Assembly (NCBI GenBank): GCA_965285935.1
Contig: OZ260667.1
Location: 27,528,001 to 27,592,000, forward strand
DNA from: Ophelia neglecta
Lineage: Eukaryota
Direction of reading: 5' to 3'
Length of the DNA: 64,000 nt
A program made the position numbers and the translations under genes. The notes under the pieces were generated by a model that was given only the letters and a program-made list of their open reading frames with translations, was not told the DNA's origin and made no database searches. Below, piece after piece: positions 28,876 through 43,747 of the stretch (its first letter is position 1; every line of letters starts with the position of its first letter).

Positions 28876-30935
28876 ATATTCACAACTGGACTATGAATCC
28901 TTCATGAAATTTTATATAGTCTTACCATGCGCCATCAAACACTACTGTCACCGTGTTGTAATAATGATTGACGTTAAACCCTTAGGACATCTTTGACGTG
29001 TTGATCTGTTCTTATGGTATTGTATTATTCTATTTTGTGACTACTTGACAATATTTTTCATAGATAACCTTGAATGGTTAAGTGAGCCATTACTACGCAA
29101 ACTTTGCTAGAATTACGCCGAGGTGAACATCGATTTGCATAGCATGTAGAGCATATGGTTTATAGATGTTAAAGGGATTTTGCCAATGTGAGAGATGCTT
29201 TGAGCTGTTGAAAAAAACCATCCACGACCTTTGATCAACAATTCAGTTTCAGCCACATCAAGCCCTGCACAAGGTCCCGAAAGACCAGTTGGGCCCAGCA
29301 ATGTTTAACTTCTCAAAATAAGGATATAAAACAGATATGAAATGCTCAAGGCATAATTATTTGGTTCTTAACTAGGCCAACCATTGGATAATGGTGGGCA
29401 GATGGGTCGGGGCCAATGGGCAGAAATCGCTTCTTAATAGACAGATATTTTGTTTTTGATTTGTTTGGAAAGCCCCACGGTTAAGAAATAGTTCTGGATG
29501 CATTATATTTGTCCTATATACAAATTGGCGAACTGCGGCTGTATAAATCTGCAATCCAAGGACATCACTGAATTTATTCATTCAGTGGTGTGGTGGTAAA
29601 TGATTCGTACCAGTAATGGTATAAAGTGCATGCGCAAAGCCTACTTCCGTAATGAATTGCGATTATTTTGCCCTGCATTAACGAACCCGGAATCATGAAA
29701 AGCTTATATTTGTCATGAATCGGCCCGTTCATGGTAGATCGTGGAATCCATCGCAGAATTGTATTTTAGATGAATACAATGACCCGGGAATTGAGTATGC
29801 GAACTGTCCGCATTAGCATGAAAAAAAACACGCTCTGTTGTGATATTTTTGTGGATCAGGTTTCTCAAACTGATTTATACAATTTTAAGTGCTACTTTTT
29901 GTTATAAATTCGCGCTCTTTTACAGTTCATTATAATTAATTACACTACTTCTTCTTTTGAATTACCGGTTCCGCTCTTTTTGGTCATTACTGGTTAGAAT
30001 GGTACGCCTGGAGTACCCTAATGTGATTGGTGGTATGCATGTCACGTGGTCGACGACCACCACTGTCGGGCGTGATATTCATTTGGGGAAATAAAATGAG
30101 ACATGCATGTCCCCAAGTCCTGATGGATACCGAGGCCATTAAGATTACTAACATATCTATTAACAACGACCCGAAAACATTGTTATAGTTAGTTATACGA
30201 TATTTATCGAAGAATACATCCAACAGCAGCCTGAAGAATGCATCCCACTGATGGCCCTATTGGCCGTAGTAAATCTTTATGTTTGTTACCACTGGGCCGG
30301 GCAGTTTGAGACATATACGCACACAATTTAGACACATAGGTACTGACACGTGACACATTATGCCTGTAAAAAGCATACTGAGGAAACAAGGAGATTGACT
30401 TACTTTAATATGAAAATTACTATGACAACCATCATTGTTCCTTGTTATGGTCTATCATGATCCATGGCGGTGGAAATCGAGATTTCATATTTTTCAGTAT
30501 AATGACATAACAAACCAATGGTAGAGCGCTTAATATGTACAAACCCGCTTTTTGGAGGGTTCATATCCATCGAAGGTTGGCTTTCATTCCGGCTAAATGA
30601 TTATAGCATTAAAGGGATTTATCAAATTGATGAACTGTTATTGTAGGAACCAAATTAACCTCGCCATGGGATAGTGGAAAGAGTATTCAACCATGCTTAA
30701 AGCATAGTAGAGAAGCGCGATAGGCTGGGCCAAGAAGACAATTGAATGGGCTTCGTAGATAACTCGGCAATATTTCTTAATTAGAGGCTAAACAAATCCC
30801 GGCCGATTTGTTTACCGATTTGTTTACTAAATGGATGACTAATACCCTTACCGAGTAACAACGCAATCTCAATATGTCTGCATTTTCTGCTTCTATAAAT
30901 ATCAGTCTAGAATCATTGTTGAGGGTATTTCAGTG

Positions 30936-31229
30936 NNNNNNNNNNNNNNNNNNNNNNNNNNNNNNNNNNNNNNNNNNNNNNNNNNNNNNNNNNNNNNNNN
31001 NNNNNNNNNNNNNNNNNNNNNNNNNNNNNNNNNNNNNNNNNNNNNNNNNNNNNNNNNNNNNNNNNNNNNNNNNNNNNNNNNNNNNNNNNNNNNNNNNNNN
31101 NNNNNNNNNNNNNNNNNNNNNNNNNNNNNNNNNNNNNNNNNNNNNNNNNNNNNNNNNNNNNNNNNNNNNNNNNNNNNNNNNNNNNNNNNNNNNNNNNNNN
31201 NNNNNNNNNNNNNNNNNNNNNNNNNNNNN
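30936..31229. other. Assembly gap (294 N)
   Basis: Run of N. Confidence 1.
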
Positions 31230-34200
31230 CCTTCTTTATCTGCTTTCATTTCAAATGCACGGTGCTTTAAGTTTCAATTAATCTGGAGTTCTGATGCTAA
31301 AACATGTTCAAACAAAACGTACTCTAAATCTCAATATATCAAACGACATAAATGATCTATTCATACGAAATAAAGAGTTTCCAGAAGTTTCTGAGAGTTT
31401 ATTGATCACGGGGAAATATTTTTGAAGAAGGTAGATGTATATGTCAAAAACGCAAACTGAGGTGGAAGAGGTAAAAATCCCAAGCGACTTCAATTTGAAA
31501 AAAAACCCGAGTAGGCAGCGATGAACGATTAGGCGTTATTCATCACCAGAACAGACGAGATCGCGATGTGTTTTGTGGTCCTCGTCAATTACAATTGGAG
31601 GCGAGGTCGGATCCATCTCTCCAAGGTGTAAATAATGAATATCAAGCCAACCAATGTCACACCAGCCTACACCACGCTTTTTTTCCTGGGGGCATATTTT
31701 CGATGAACACCATCTTTGAGAAGCTACTAGCAATTGCCCCAAGCAATGGTTAGGGTTTTGTACAAATTTATCTGTCCGGCAGGAAATCACGGTCAAGTAG
31801 GCCAGCAAAAGGGTTGTAAATACCGCGTCCTTTGAGCTCTGGTGTATCACGGGACGGTTCCCTCGAGACCATATCTTATCTGGAGCGCGGAAATTGGAGC
31901 CTGCAGAGGACAATTCGCGCCATAGACTCACAGTAATGAGGATGTCGGAGAGCGATTGGACGGCGGAGTGCAAGTCCCGCAGATCACATTCGCTCGTTAT
32001 TTCATTGGATTAGATAAAGGATCGAACACCTCCACGAAAGGCTTGGCAGAACGCTAGCAACTTTTTCAAAACCTGCCCACAGGATGAAGAGTGACACACA
32101 AAAATCCACAAGCATTATTCCTCTTTTCCTATATAAAAAAGACCTAATTAGGTTGCAGGGATCGCAAAAATACTCTGCATTGCCGACAGACTTAGCGTTA
32201 GAAATATACATAATGTAAATAAATTCGATTGAAAAGAGTAGACATTAAAGCCGCCATAAACAGTCTGGCGTGGTTGTTTGGTCTTGGACGGGACGCGACA
32301 AAGCTCTTAGAATAATGCAATGTTTTTCATTTCCTTACGTCAAGCGGGTGAGGCATATAATATGAGAGCACAGTGAAGAGCCATGAAAGGTAGGCGGTAA
32401 GTTTCGCCAAAACGACTTTAATATCATAATGTTCGTCCTTATAGTGTGAATTGAATATAAAAATAACCACGAGCCTTCACTACTGCATGTAGATTACAAT
32501 GAGGGGTGTTGATGCCTTTCCTTCTAAGTACTGATTTGACTTAGCAAGATTGTTGTTAAGAGGGCAGATGAAAGCATCACTTTTGGTACGAGGGCTCTTT
32601 TTGGCGGCCTAATCCAATTTGTAAAATGAGCCTACTTAAGTTGCTGATGCCCGTAGGGTTTAAAATACAGAATTGTTGCCTTGATTAACATTCGCACGTT
32701 GCCATAATAAAAAATGTCTATGCAGAAAAACACAAAAGTGGATACCCGGCGGAACAAGGTGAGTGAGTGATCAATAAAAATGTATAAACTCGGTCCGAAA
32801 TATGGGAGATATACATTCTTTTAACTTTGCTCTGTTTCTAGATAATGATAGACACTTATTTTAGCTATTCAATGAGACGATTGGTTATTTCAAGTAATTA
32901 AAAAGAGCAAAATATCCCGTTGGACGCCGGGAAAGACACCTACGCTACTTGATTGTTGTACTACTGTATACGTTAAATACAGCTTGCTATCAGTCAACGA
33001 CTCCGTTGTTTTGACTATTGATTATGATTTGACTGCTACTATACACTCTCGTTTTGGACTGCTGATTTTGGTGTGTCTGCTGGTATCTACGCCCTTTTTG
33101 GATTGATAATTCTGGTTGGTCTGGCGGTATCCTTTTGACTGGTGCTTTTGTTCGCCTGTTGAGGATGCAGTCCAGACTGTCGGACCAGACTTGATGCCCG
33201 GAAATGTGCCTTCGTGGTCATAATCCCTCAGAAAAAAAACATTAGTAATATTGTTTTGATAGTCGTCCGTTGATTATAAGAGTTAATATGCGTGACCACA
33301 TTATGATGAGATATAATCCCGGAATCTAAAGCGCCTCCACGTAAAGTACATGGGGACCCCGGTGTTATCGTTGACGCCGGAAAAAATAAAGGAAATTGCT
33401 GAAAAGAAGATAACCCTGTATTCCAATAGAAGTTATTCCACACACCATACCAATTTTCTTTATTTTACTTTCTTTCAATGCTTAAAAGGACTATTTAGTT
33501 TGTAAACTGGTTGAATTAATTATATTTCAAATTTTAAAAAAGAAATATAGGTGCTATGTTTGCAAACATTTCATCTGTTCTTCAGAAATGTTCATGTCAA
33601 TTGCAGGGCCGGTCTTATTATTAACTCTTAACTTAAGCTGGGGTAATAAGGTGTGTTGAATTGCTGATGGTTATATTTGTACCTGTGCCATCTATATTAA
33701 TTAGATGTAAAGGGACAACTAACCGTCCCAAAGCCCAATTAAACAGGTATTAAGGGCAAATCGCTCTCTGGGCATTGTCTTGAGATAATTGACATCCGAC
33801 ATTTCAGGCTGATAACTAACTGGATCGAATTGTAAACTCTCATGCAGTGGATGAAGCTCAGTGCCACAGACACGAAAGCCTGGTTGATCCTACAGACTAT
33901 TGCCTGGTCTTTCCTCCACTGAGGTGCTTGCTCAGCGTGGCAATGATGTTATTTGTGGTTTTGATGCCAGACGTATCTACGACGAAAAGATTGGCCTAGC
34001 GTAAAATCAATCGTTTCAAAGTATATCTCTATCTTCAAGTTTTCAGCGCGGAACGACATTTTAAAAGACAAAAATATCACCACAAGTATCGAATGTACGT
34101 GATAAATCTTCTACCCTTCTTGTTCATACTGACCCACCTTTTCATCACTCCATAGCTTGGAGCGGCACTAGGCTAGGTCACAATCCCACCAATCGTTGGG

Positions 34201-37200
34201 AGTGTTCAATGTCATATGTCTAATGTAGTTACATCTTCTACTGAACATTGAAACTTTTGCGAGGGCCTAGTTCCCTGAGGCAGAACTGGATCGAGTTCCC
34301 TTTAAATGCCTGTTTACTTTGCTTTCGAAGTCCTGGTACCCAGGAAAATTGAAATGGATACACGGCAGGCAAAGGAAAATCATTCTAAAAACATTATTCT
34401 TTAAAGACAATGAACATCCATGAAATTAAAGACGCTCTTTAATTTTAATACCCCAAAAACAACTTATAAACTAAAACTGGAGCATCCCTTGTAAATGATA
34501 ACGTAAGGTGTAAAACAATGATGCATAGACCAGCTATTCACCTGAAGAGTAATTTCTTCCCCAACAGCTAATGCAACGCTTAAACCTTTTTTTATTGTTG
34601 GCAAAATAGAATACTGTGAATGAATAATACAAGACAAGACCTATGATCGATCTGTAGAAACACAGGGGAATCGCAGAGCGCCGGGAATAAAGAATGAGAC
34701 AATTGCATGTATTATTATGTTCTCCTTTGGTAAAAGGATGTGAGGAAAACTCGCGATACCCACCTCAAAGTCAAAACTCAGAATTGAAGAGAACAAAGGC
34801 TTTACATCCGACCGAGCATCAGGGCAACCGATAAACTACAGGAGGCCTACTCCAACCAGTGGTAGTTACAGTATTGCTATGATGTTGTCAACTTTAGCGG
34901 ATAGACTGGTGTTGTAGCAGGAAATAAGTAGTTAGCTCAAGCCGCCTTGGTACTTGCGTGGCCCTGCATTAGAACGTTCTAGAATTTTTTGGAGTTTCCG
35001 TCGGTAAAATGTGGGGCCCGGTGAACTTGGCAATTAAGCCCAAATCAGCCTAGAATGGGGACTTTTTTAAAGGTGTTGTCAACTAAATACATATCTTAAT
35101 GGATTGTATGTAACGTACCCTAGCTTTTCTGCTAATCAGTCGACTTTATATAACAAGCCACTGATGACGTTATTTTAATTGCGAGAAGGAATCTGATACG
35201 GGAACAAATCCACAAGGTTCTTAAAACTTTTGTAACGGCCTATAACTTCAAACCAAGTGTGACCTGCTGCTCAACATATTTTATAAATTACTTTCGGATG
35301 CTCCTGGCTTCCTGGTCTAAAAGACAACATTTGTGATGTCGAGGTGATGACTTTGTTTGGTCATTTTCATATATCATTACCTATTCAAATAATGTCGACA
35401 CCAAAAGGACGAACACAGTAATATGGCTTGATTCGATAATTATTAGTTAGGATTTTATAGCAAGTCTCGCCAGGGGCTCTCTTGTAAATAGAAGACATTC
35501 AAATAATGGCTCGACAATGACCCTTTCATTTTTATTTCGAATAAATGTTGTTAATCTTATATATTTGTCGCCAAATATGTTGATGTCAACCAGAAGATTG
35601 TCAAAGAGGCAAAGTATGTCGTTGTGTTCATTGAAGAGACGCTGCCATGGGTTAATCAATATGATAATTATATGAAGTGACATTGCAAGTAGGGACCTGA
35701 ATCTTTCTATGGGTTCGATTGGGTCGGTATAAAATGATCATTGTGGCAATTTTGAAAATGATTGCATAACTGTTTGTGAACTCATGGGCAGTCTGTGTAC
35801 TATGTGGTGGCATTCAGGGAAATAAATACAAAAATATTCAAAATACTTGGCTCGTGATTTGATGCTGAAAGGGATCATATACCTCCCTTCATCCCACTCC
35901 GAACCACTGGGTACTCGCCCCGCAAAATATAATACCCTACATAAATTGTTGCAAGTCTATTTATCACTCTGTCTTGCTACGGTGATTGAAACATGAACTT
36001 TTGACAACAGTTTTTAAGTATGCCGATACAATTGATTGAAAAATACAATTAGAGTAATGTGTCGTGCTTTATCAAATACAATCCGCATATCTTTGATAAT
36101 GGATGTTTCCGACCATTGTAATCTAGGCAGTACCGATTTTTTCCTGCCTACAATAACTTTTGTTATTATGAATAAGGTGGCAATATCGGACTAGATTATA
36201 GTCAAGCTCTGATATAACTTCTAGGAGCAGAAGGCTATATCTTTCATGTGCATCCAGCTTGTTGACTTACCAGTATGCACAGCAGTTAACCCAGCAGCGT
36301 TCGATTCCTCGTGGTATTATTATCAAGCCACATACATGTGCTTCAATGTATGGGGGCGTACACTGTACCTGCACTAACCTTAAGAGTAGGGGTTATTTCT
36401 TAATCACTTGAAAGGTTATACATTGCAATGTATTTTGGCGTCCAAAGGATTAATGTCTATGCTCTAGCTCCCATATCATGTACTTCTTGGAGCTCAGCCT
36501 ACACTACTTTATTCTGAAAGGGCAGAACATGATTTTCTTTAGATGACAGCACAATCACAGTATATTCAAATAATTCAATCTAGAGGAACGTTCACCTGTC
36601 TTATAAGCTGCAATCAATCCCGATCATAGTGATACAACTTTTATTGTCTTATGTCGTGAATGAGTTTTACTGCAATATTTAGAAACAAAGAGTTAGGAGG
36701 CTAATGCTTTTCCCATACGGGATTCAACATAAAGTTTAGTTTTGATTCCAACATAAGTTGTGTTTCTTATTGACTTTTCAGAGTTATAATATAGTAATCA
36801 AAGCATCTAGCTCTTTAGTGAAAGACTGATGGATGGTTAATTCTCCTTAAATCATCGTACATAATATATTAATTAAGACACAAAAAACTTTAATATAACA
36901 TATCTACAGAAAGCAATATGTGTTACGGCGGCACGGCGTTACAATTCAATTCCAGCCAGTACATAATATTTCAATTTTGCAATTTATCATAAACATAAAC
37001 AACAACTCCTTTACATCCCTTATAGTTCAAATAATCTCAGAATTGAATGGTAGAACATGCCAGTTATACTATCTATGCTGGACTTCCCCTTCCATGTTAT
37101 TAGTCCACGGTCTTGTCCTAATCAACGGCAACTCTCGTTAAACACAGGTCAATCATAGACATCAGTCTCCAACCCATCTTCATTAGCCTACCCTATCGTT

Positions 37201-40200
37201 CTGCCAAATCACTTTCTTCGACATTGATCTGACATTCAAATCAATAATAGCCAAATTTAAGGAGCTCCGGGATGTTTACACAAGTAAAATACATCTGTCA
37301 TGTTTCATTAGCTTTACTTCACTTTGTTTGGGGAACCATACAGCCACATTCTATGAATTCTCAACAAAACACAACTTTCCATACCTTGCTCAAAGACCCT
37401 TACTAAGTTCTCGCGGAATAAATGTCACCAAGCAATGTGAGAATGGTTCCGCCACGGTCCGCAATTGCACGTTGTCGATCTTGCTCCGTCAACCTGCTAT
37501 CGACTCACGAATTAACTACAATATAAATTATTCCTTTCCTTCGAAAGAATTCTCTCAACATTATTCCCCGAAGAAGCCCGAGTTTATTGTCAAAGGCTGT
37601 AGGCCTTTTGAATTGTGAAAACAAGACCGATATTCAGATGGGCCAATTATGTTTCCTGTTGTCGGCTGCCCTAGTCACTGGCAGGTGGTTGTTACCCTGT
37701 GGGGGCCTGCTGAGATTTAACCATTCGCCATTTAGACGCTGTCATTAACCCTCCATCTTCTTGGACAGATGACCGAAACAATGTTCTTCTGGTAATCCCA
37801 AAGTCGATGGGACGACAGTTCTAAAGTAGTGTATTTATGATCTTCACCTAGTAGTGAGACAAAGAGAGTCGACCTGACAAATGAGCCCGAAGTCTGGTCG
37901 TATCAACGGGGAGATGTTTTCCGGTCCGAGGCCCTATGTGATCACAGGAGGAAGTAATTAAATGAGCACATAGCGTTGGTCGAAACTCGATTCTCAGAAG
38001 GTCAGTGGGCTGACCCCACAAGCTAAGGGCATGCCAGCCGTGATCGTACATGTGATGGGAGAAGTTTAATATCAGAGGGGTGATCGAGTAGAAAGGCCTA
38101 CCGACATAACGGGTTTCCTGCCGAGACAACGCCCTCTCGGCTGCTCATAATTAAACCATCTGGGCCGTGACCCCGACAACTGGAAGAAGCATGAACCCCT
38201 CGGCCCTGGTGACCGAGGATGCTAGGGGTTGCAAGGGTTACGAGTGTTTGACCATTGCAGTCGGGACGTGCGGGAGAGACGAGGGCTAATGTGTTTCGAC
38301 TCGCCAGCTCCTCTGATTGTGTTTTGAGAAGGGAGCAAATGGCGCCCGACGGACCCTCTTCTCCGGTAGAGTTGCCACCTGATCGCTTCCCCCGGACACC
38401 GGCGGCGTGTCTGCTGGTTCCGAGTTAGAGTCCAGGCCACTTAGATTCCCAGCCGGTTCACGCTTCAAGCCCACTTTGCCTCATACTTTCTGCATTTCTA
38501 AATTGACTTGACAACACTATTGGTGGAGCTATACCTTCGCGGGATTTGCTTACCTATAGGATATGAGCCACCAGTAAACACAAGCCAGACAGATGCTGAC
38601 CGCGGTTCCCTGTCAATATCAGAAGACATTTGAAGCACTATCTCCAAGGCATAGGTCAGCACCTGAACAGATCTAGCAAACCGCCTTACGATTTTAACAA
38701 CTGTGTGAAGGTCTATCTCCCCAGTCAATACATCGTCTGACCGTTTCCGTTCTAAATATGTATAACATACCAAACTGACAATCCATGATTTTCTCTGCTC
38801 GCAGATAGCCTATTCTTGACAAATAATTGTTTAATTGCGCTTGATAAAAGTGCCGTGCGTAGGTAGAGTGTACCAGACTTCTGTGGGCTCATTGAATGCA
38901 ATTAAAGTAGGCCTACCGATACCGTAGTCTCATAAAACTGAAAGGTTTTTTTTACAGTGTCAATTCTAAACATAAAAATAGTTCTTTTATCTCGAAATCA
39001 TTCTAGAACTTATGGCTGCCACAAGGATGCAGTTTGTCTCTTTTGCATATATAGAGGGCGCTTGTCGGACACAGGAAGTGACATCATATATGTAAGTCTG
39101 AGACCCAAAAGTTTTAATTTGGGTACGCTTGCAATTGGTGCGTGTGTAGGGGGTGTAACGCAAAAGTTCTAGCAAGCCCAAATGTTTTCGCTAGTTAAAT
39201 AAAATTGTTAGCAGATTAGCGTAAGACACAGCCAATCATAAGACAGCAAACTATTGCAAAGACTTTCTGCGCAAGGGCGTCAAACTTGTATATTTTACTA
39301 ATCCCAACCCTGACCACTAAGGGGGGGGGGGGGGGGCTCATTTACTTTTTAAGTTTGGAATAGTTGAACTATTTAACTTAAAAAGCAAAAACAAAACTAA
39401 ATTATTTGGCAATAGTTAAAGGTATGGTGTTGGAGCAGCATGAAATAATGAATGGCAGGGCAATGCATTCATAACGTATTCGTAAATGACTTTTTGGGGT
39501 GATTTTATAACTGCGTATTGAAACATTCCTGTCGTTGTCAATTGGAGCTGTCATATAGACGCCTGCTTATTGGCTGATTAAGACCAGTCTGACACTGAAT
39601 TGTCAGCTATGCACGAACAAAATAATGCATCTATAATGTTTTTATCATCGAAATTGACATCTTTTCATCGACAACCATGAAATATGTACCTGTTATGGCG
39701 TTAAATTGAGTTTTCGTCATCCATTTTACCACAGAGAGGCGCTACACGAAACCGAGGCAGCCATATCGCCTCCTCAGTTGCAGGCAAATTGTCTGACTAG
39801 GATTTAAGGTAAGATTAAGATTCTGGGCTTGAATCCTACCTAGCTAAGCTTTACAAAACCAATTAGCCTAGTGAATTTTGTTTTGGCTTATATTCTAGCT
39901 AGCTAACCACTTATCGAACTTTTATGAAACGCCCCTCTGAACAGCTGCCATAACACCTTTTTGATGAGTTTACATCGGGACACACCACAAAAAATGCTTT
40001 CTGATCAAAATCTGTCATTTTTGAAGGTAACAAAACCGCACCTTTGATCCCCTACTACTCCCCAAAACACAATAAAGCAATTTTACTGCCGTCTTTCTAA
40101 GTGTGTTGGGATGTGCCTAGATAGGCTTTGCTCGTAAGCGAAGGCCATTCACCTACAAGATAACGCATTGGGAATCACCCAACGAACCCATCCTGTGTGC

Positions 40201-41000
40201 CCGTTATTTCGTCTATGATAATTTCAGAGGTATAGATCAAACCGGCATTGAAAGTTTTCCCAGGTTAAGACGAAAAAAATATGAAAGCCACCCAGACTAT
40301 GTTATTTCACGAGGCCTTGTGTGCGTGTTGGAACATAATGCGCGAAGGCATCCTACAAGAGATTTATACATTCCCTTTGAAAAATCATAACCCCACATTT
40401 TATAGTCTGACAAAAGCCGAGCGGAAATGGATATAATTATTGCGTGCCGCAGCTAATATATGACCGCCCTTGAAATGATTCATACTTTCCTCGCCATTTC
40501 GATTAGCCCCGTGAAACAAATGGTAAAAATCCATCACGCAACGCCCCTAGTCGTAATCTCAAAGTCTGGGCCACCAAGACAGTCTTGACATTGTTAATGT
40601 GAAAGTGCATATGGCAGAAAATCACGGCGGATGGTGTGTACCATTACTGGCCTGCTTGGATGGTGGCTTTGTTGACATTGCCCGGCAGTTTGCGAGCTAC
40701 CTGCAAACATAACATGCGATGGTAAAGCGGTTTTCTATTAGCACTGGACCCAGGATGGAACAGCATTTGACCAAATATGAAAGGCTTAGATCCTTTATGA
40801 TTTGCCAGAAGAAGTCACGATCTTCGACCATTTTTTTCCATTGCAATTTTGGATAATAACGATAATAATAATCAATTATTTTCTTATGAGTTTCCTTTCT
40901 ATGTTATCCAGGTGCATAAGACGAACTCCAGAAAAGCATTGCTTATCGAGCTGGTTCCCTTTTTGCATTTATGTCAAAAAAAAAGGAACAGAGCACTATA

Positions 41001-41178
41001 CAGTGAAACTTGTGAATAAAGACCACCCAAGGGACTGGAAAATACTGGTCTGATTTCAGAGGTGGTCTGTTAAGACAGGTTATTTAACATTGAAAGTATA
41101 CAGCATGGTCCTCATATCAGTGGTCTGAATTGACAGATGGTCTGATTATAGAGGTGGTCTTTAGGGCAGGTTTCACTG
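41001..41178. mobile_element. 178-bp Tc1/mariner(pogo)-type MITE, copy 2
   Basis: TA TSD. TIRs CAGTGAAACTTGTGAATAAAGACCACC / GGTGGTCTTTAGGGCAGGTTTCACTG. Same length and orientation as the 12786 copy. Confidence 0.9.
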
Positions 41179-41354
41179 TATAAACATATTGTTTACTTTT
41201 TGGTGTATTTAGGAATTCTGAGATTTCTTGTTTATGGAAAAGATAGTATAATAGGTTTTTTCCGACTTAACTGTAAATTTATTTGACTGAAATCATTTGT
41301 ACATATTCTGTAATATGTATTTTATATCAATTTTGAAGAGTTGAGGAGATTGAG

Positions 41355-41661
41355 AAGATGTTTGTGTTATCAGCAAACACTCTACATTTGTTTTTAGAAT
41401 CCAAACTTTCTAAATAGCACTGAGGTAAATAATAAATAAAAGAGGTCCCAAGACTTAGCCATGCGGTACTCCGTATTCTAGTTTGTCATGTTTAGAGGGG
41501 GTTTGATTGACCCTTATGTATTGCCTGCTATTAGTTAGGTAGTGTTTTGACCATTTTAAAGAAAGTCATCGGATGCCTCAATGATTAAGCTTGTCAAGAA
41601 GAACATCGTGGTCTTCCGTATCAAATGCTTTTTTAATATCCAGCACGATTCCCGCTACTAT
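41355..41661 (-). mobile_element. Decayed CR1/L2-clade LINE reverse transcriptase fragment
   Basis: Hand translation: IVAGIVLDIKKAFDTEDHDVLLDKLNH*GIR*LSLKWSKHYLTNSRQYIRV...YGVPHG*VLGPLLFIIYL, then in a shifted frame RVFADNTNIF. This matches the KAFD / GVPQGSVLGPLLF / FADD motifs, with internal stops. Confidence 0.9.
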
Positions 41662-43747
41662 GTTTCTTGTCCAATTTTGCCCTAACAGTTCATTTCTCAT
41701 TATTTTCAATGCCGATTATCCTTACTTTACTGCGAACCTTTGGTGATATTTTCTTGTTTGTGCTTGCCGTGACAAAGGTTTGAAGATGGTCTGATACATC
41801 ACTGTTGATGTTCCCTGGTGTTATGGTTATTGCAAGTTTAAATTAGGTTTAGGTACATTCGTATGGTGTTTATCTTTGTTAAGGTTGGTATGAATTAATT
41901 TCCTGTTACTACGTCAAAGAATTGTTTAGTGTGTCTACTACTATTTACTTTGAGTCCTTCTTTTTTTAGGTCCACGAGAATTATACATTTTTGTTGTCCA
42001 TGTTTATTTTCCCAGAATCATACATATCCATTGCTGAAGTGTTCCAATTGTTCTACTGTACCCCCAGCATGTGCATATATAATCTAATTGATAGCTTGTT
42101 AGTAGTTTCTACCCATTTCTTACCATTTCAAGTTAAATTTTATGGCCAAGATATGTAAGGGCAGTGATGACAAGATCAATCTTCCTTTGTTGAGAAATGC
42201 AATGGAGAAGCCCCCCCCCCCCCCTCCCCTCCCCGTGTTCCTCTCCTGCCCAAACCCCGACTTATGAATATATAAGTCTCAATCGATTTCCTTTACTGCT
42301 TGAATACGCTAATAAACTCATCGGTATTATTTCAACGTACTAAACATTTCTGAATGGGAACCAGGTCCGTCTCTAGGGCTAATAGGCATCCGTTCCGTTG
42401 GGTTCCAGACGACACTCGATTTTGCTTAGATTTTACCCTTAAAGTGCCGGAAATGACAAATGGCGTGGTTTAGGACCAACATGCGACTTTAACGATTGGC
42501 CTCGGCATGGCTTGAATTAGGAGACTATAACAATGTGAGAGTCGTATTCAAAAGGCGTTTCCTGAGGAAAGTCGAGTAACATGACAATCAGAATGGTATA
42601 TGTACGCACTAATATATGCTAATAATTTTCACTTTTTCAATTCAAGTCGCAGCCTGGGCAGATGATGAAGTAAGATAGTGAAACGCATGTGCGCTAACAA
42701 CGAGTGCGTGAAAAAAGTGTCTACAAAAGTAGAATTCTCATCCTCCTTAATAACCCAACACACAATAAAAAGCTCCCCCACACCACCAGCCTCCCAATTA
42801 CAGGTGTTGTCTTTTGTAAGGGCTAGAAACTTTTACATGTAAGGAAAATCCCATTTTGAGTACTATAGCTGCTCGGTTAAGCTCTATGATATGTTACTCT
42901 AAGCAAGCTATCACAGCTAGGGTTTAGAAAGTGGAGTCGCCGGAAACTGATCTAAGGCCCCACGTGGCGTCTCATTTCCCCCGTGCACGACCTTAACATG
43001 CAACCCGATATCGAGAACAGTAGCCACTCGGAGTTTCTGATAATGCTTCCATTGGTTGGCGTATGTGATGAAAACAGTCATGAACATCTAAAGCAGGCGG
43101 CGGGTGCAGCCATTTAGTCCCCAGATTATAGCCATACGGGCGCAGATCGTGTCAGATAAACTTGATGAGGTCTATGTCAAACCAGTGAAGCCGACGAACT
43201 TGCATGCTTCCTGTATTATAGAGTTTGATTGGGCGGACTGAACCAAGATGAAATATGATTTAATGTGGCATTTCCACGCATAATTCTGGTTAGGGGTCAT
43301 GCGTGAATCTATCACTAGAAAGAAGTATGTCAACGCGTGGGTGGTCTTCGTTCATTAGGAATCCCATATTGCAAAGTTCTGTTCAATACCGCATTGCTCA
43401 ACTAAAGCATGCTGAATTAATGTTTCTGAAAAAAGTACGTGTTGAGGAGTGAGTAGGGTAGAAATAAAGCACCAGGGTCAACTGCCTTTTTCATGTATCG
43501 TCGCGTTTTGTACATCGTTGCCCAGCAGAAGCGTGAGGGACACATAAATGGTGTGACAATTGGAGCAGAAAATGATGAAATGTGCCATTAAAAGATTTCC
43601 AGTCTAAGTTATCAAAAATCTTCACTAGGCAGATAAGTGTAATGCTTATGAGAAAACAAATCAACCTTATATAATGGTTGATTACATACAGTCATCTAAA
43701 TAGCTATATGATCCGTGAATGTTTAGTTACAAATTGCCAAAATTTGA

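Noticed and set aside
30874-31355. ORFs spanning the N run
   Set aside because: Artefacts of the assembly gap.
36285-36400. tRNA gene (GTTCGATTCC B-box)
   Set aside because: No cloverleaf or A-box could be built. At most a decayed SINE head.
37650-38800. GC-rich stretch with short ORFs as a nested gene
   Set aside because: No consistent frame or splice structure. Faint zinc-knuckle and RPP words suggest an old LINE, but too weakly to call.
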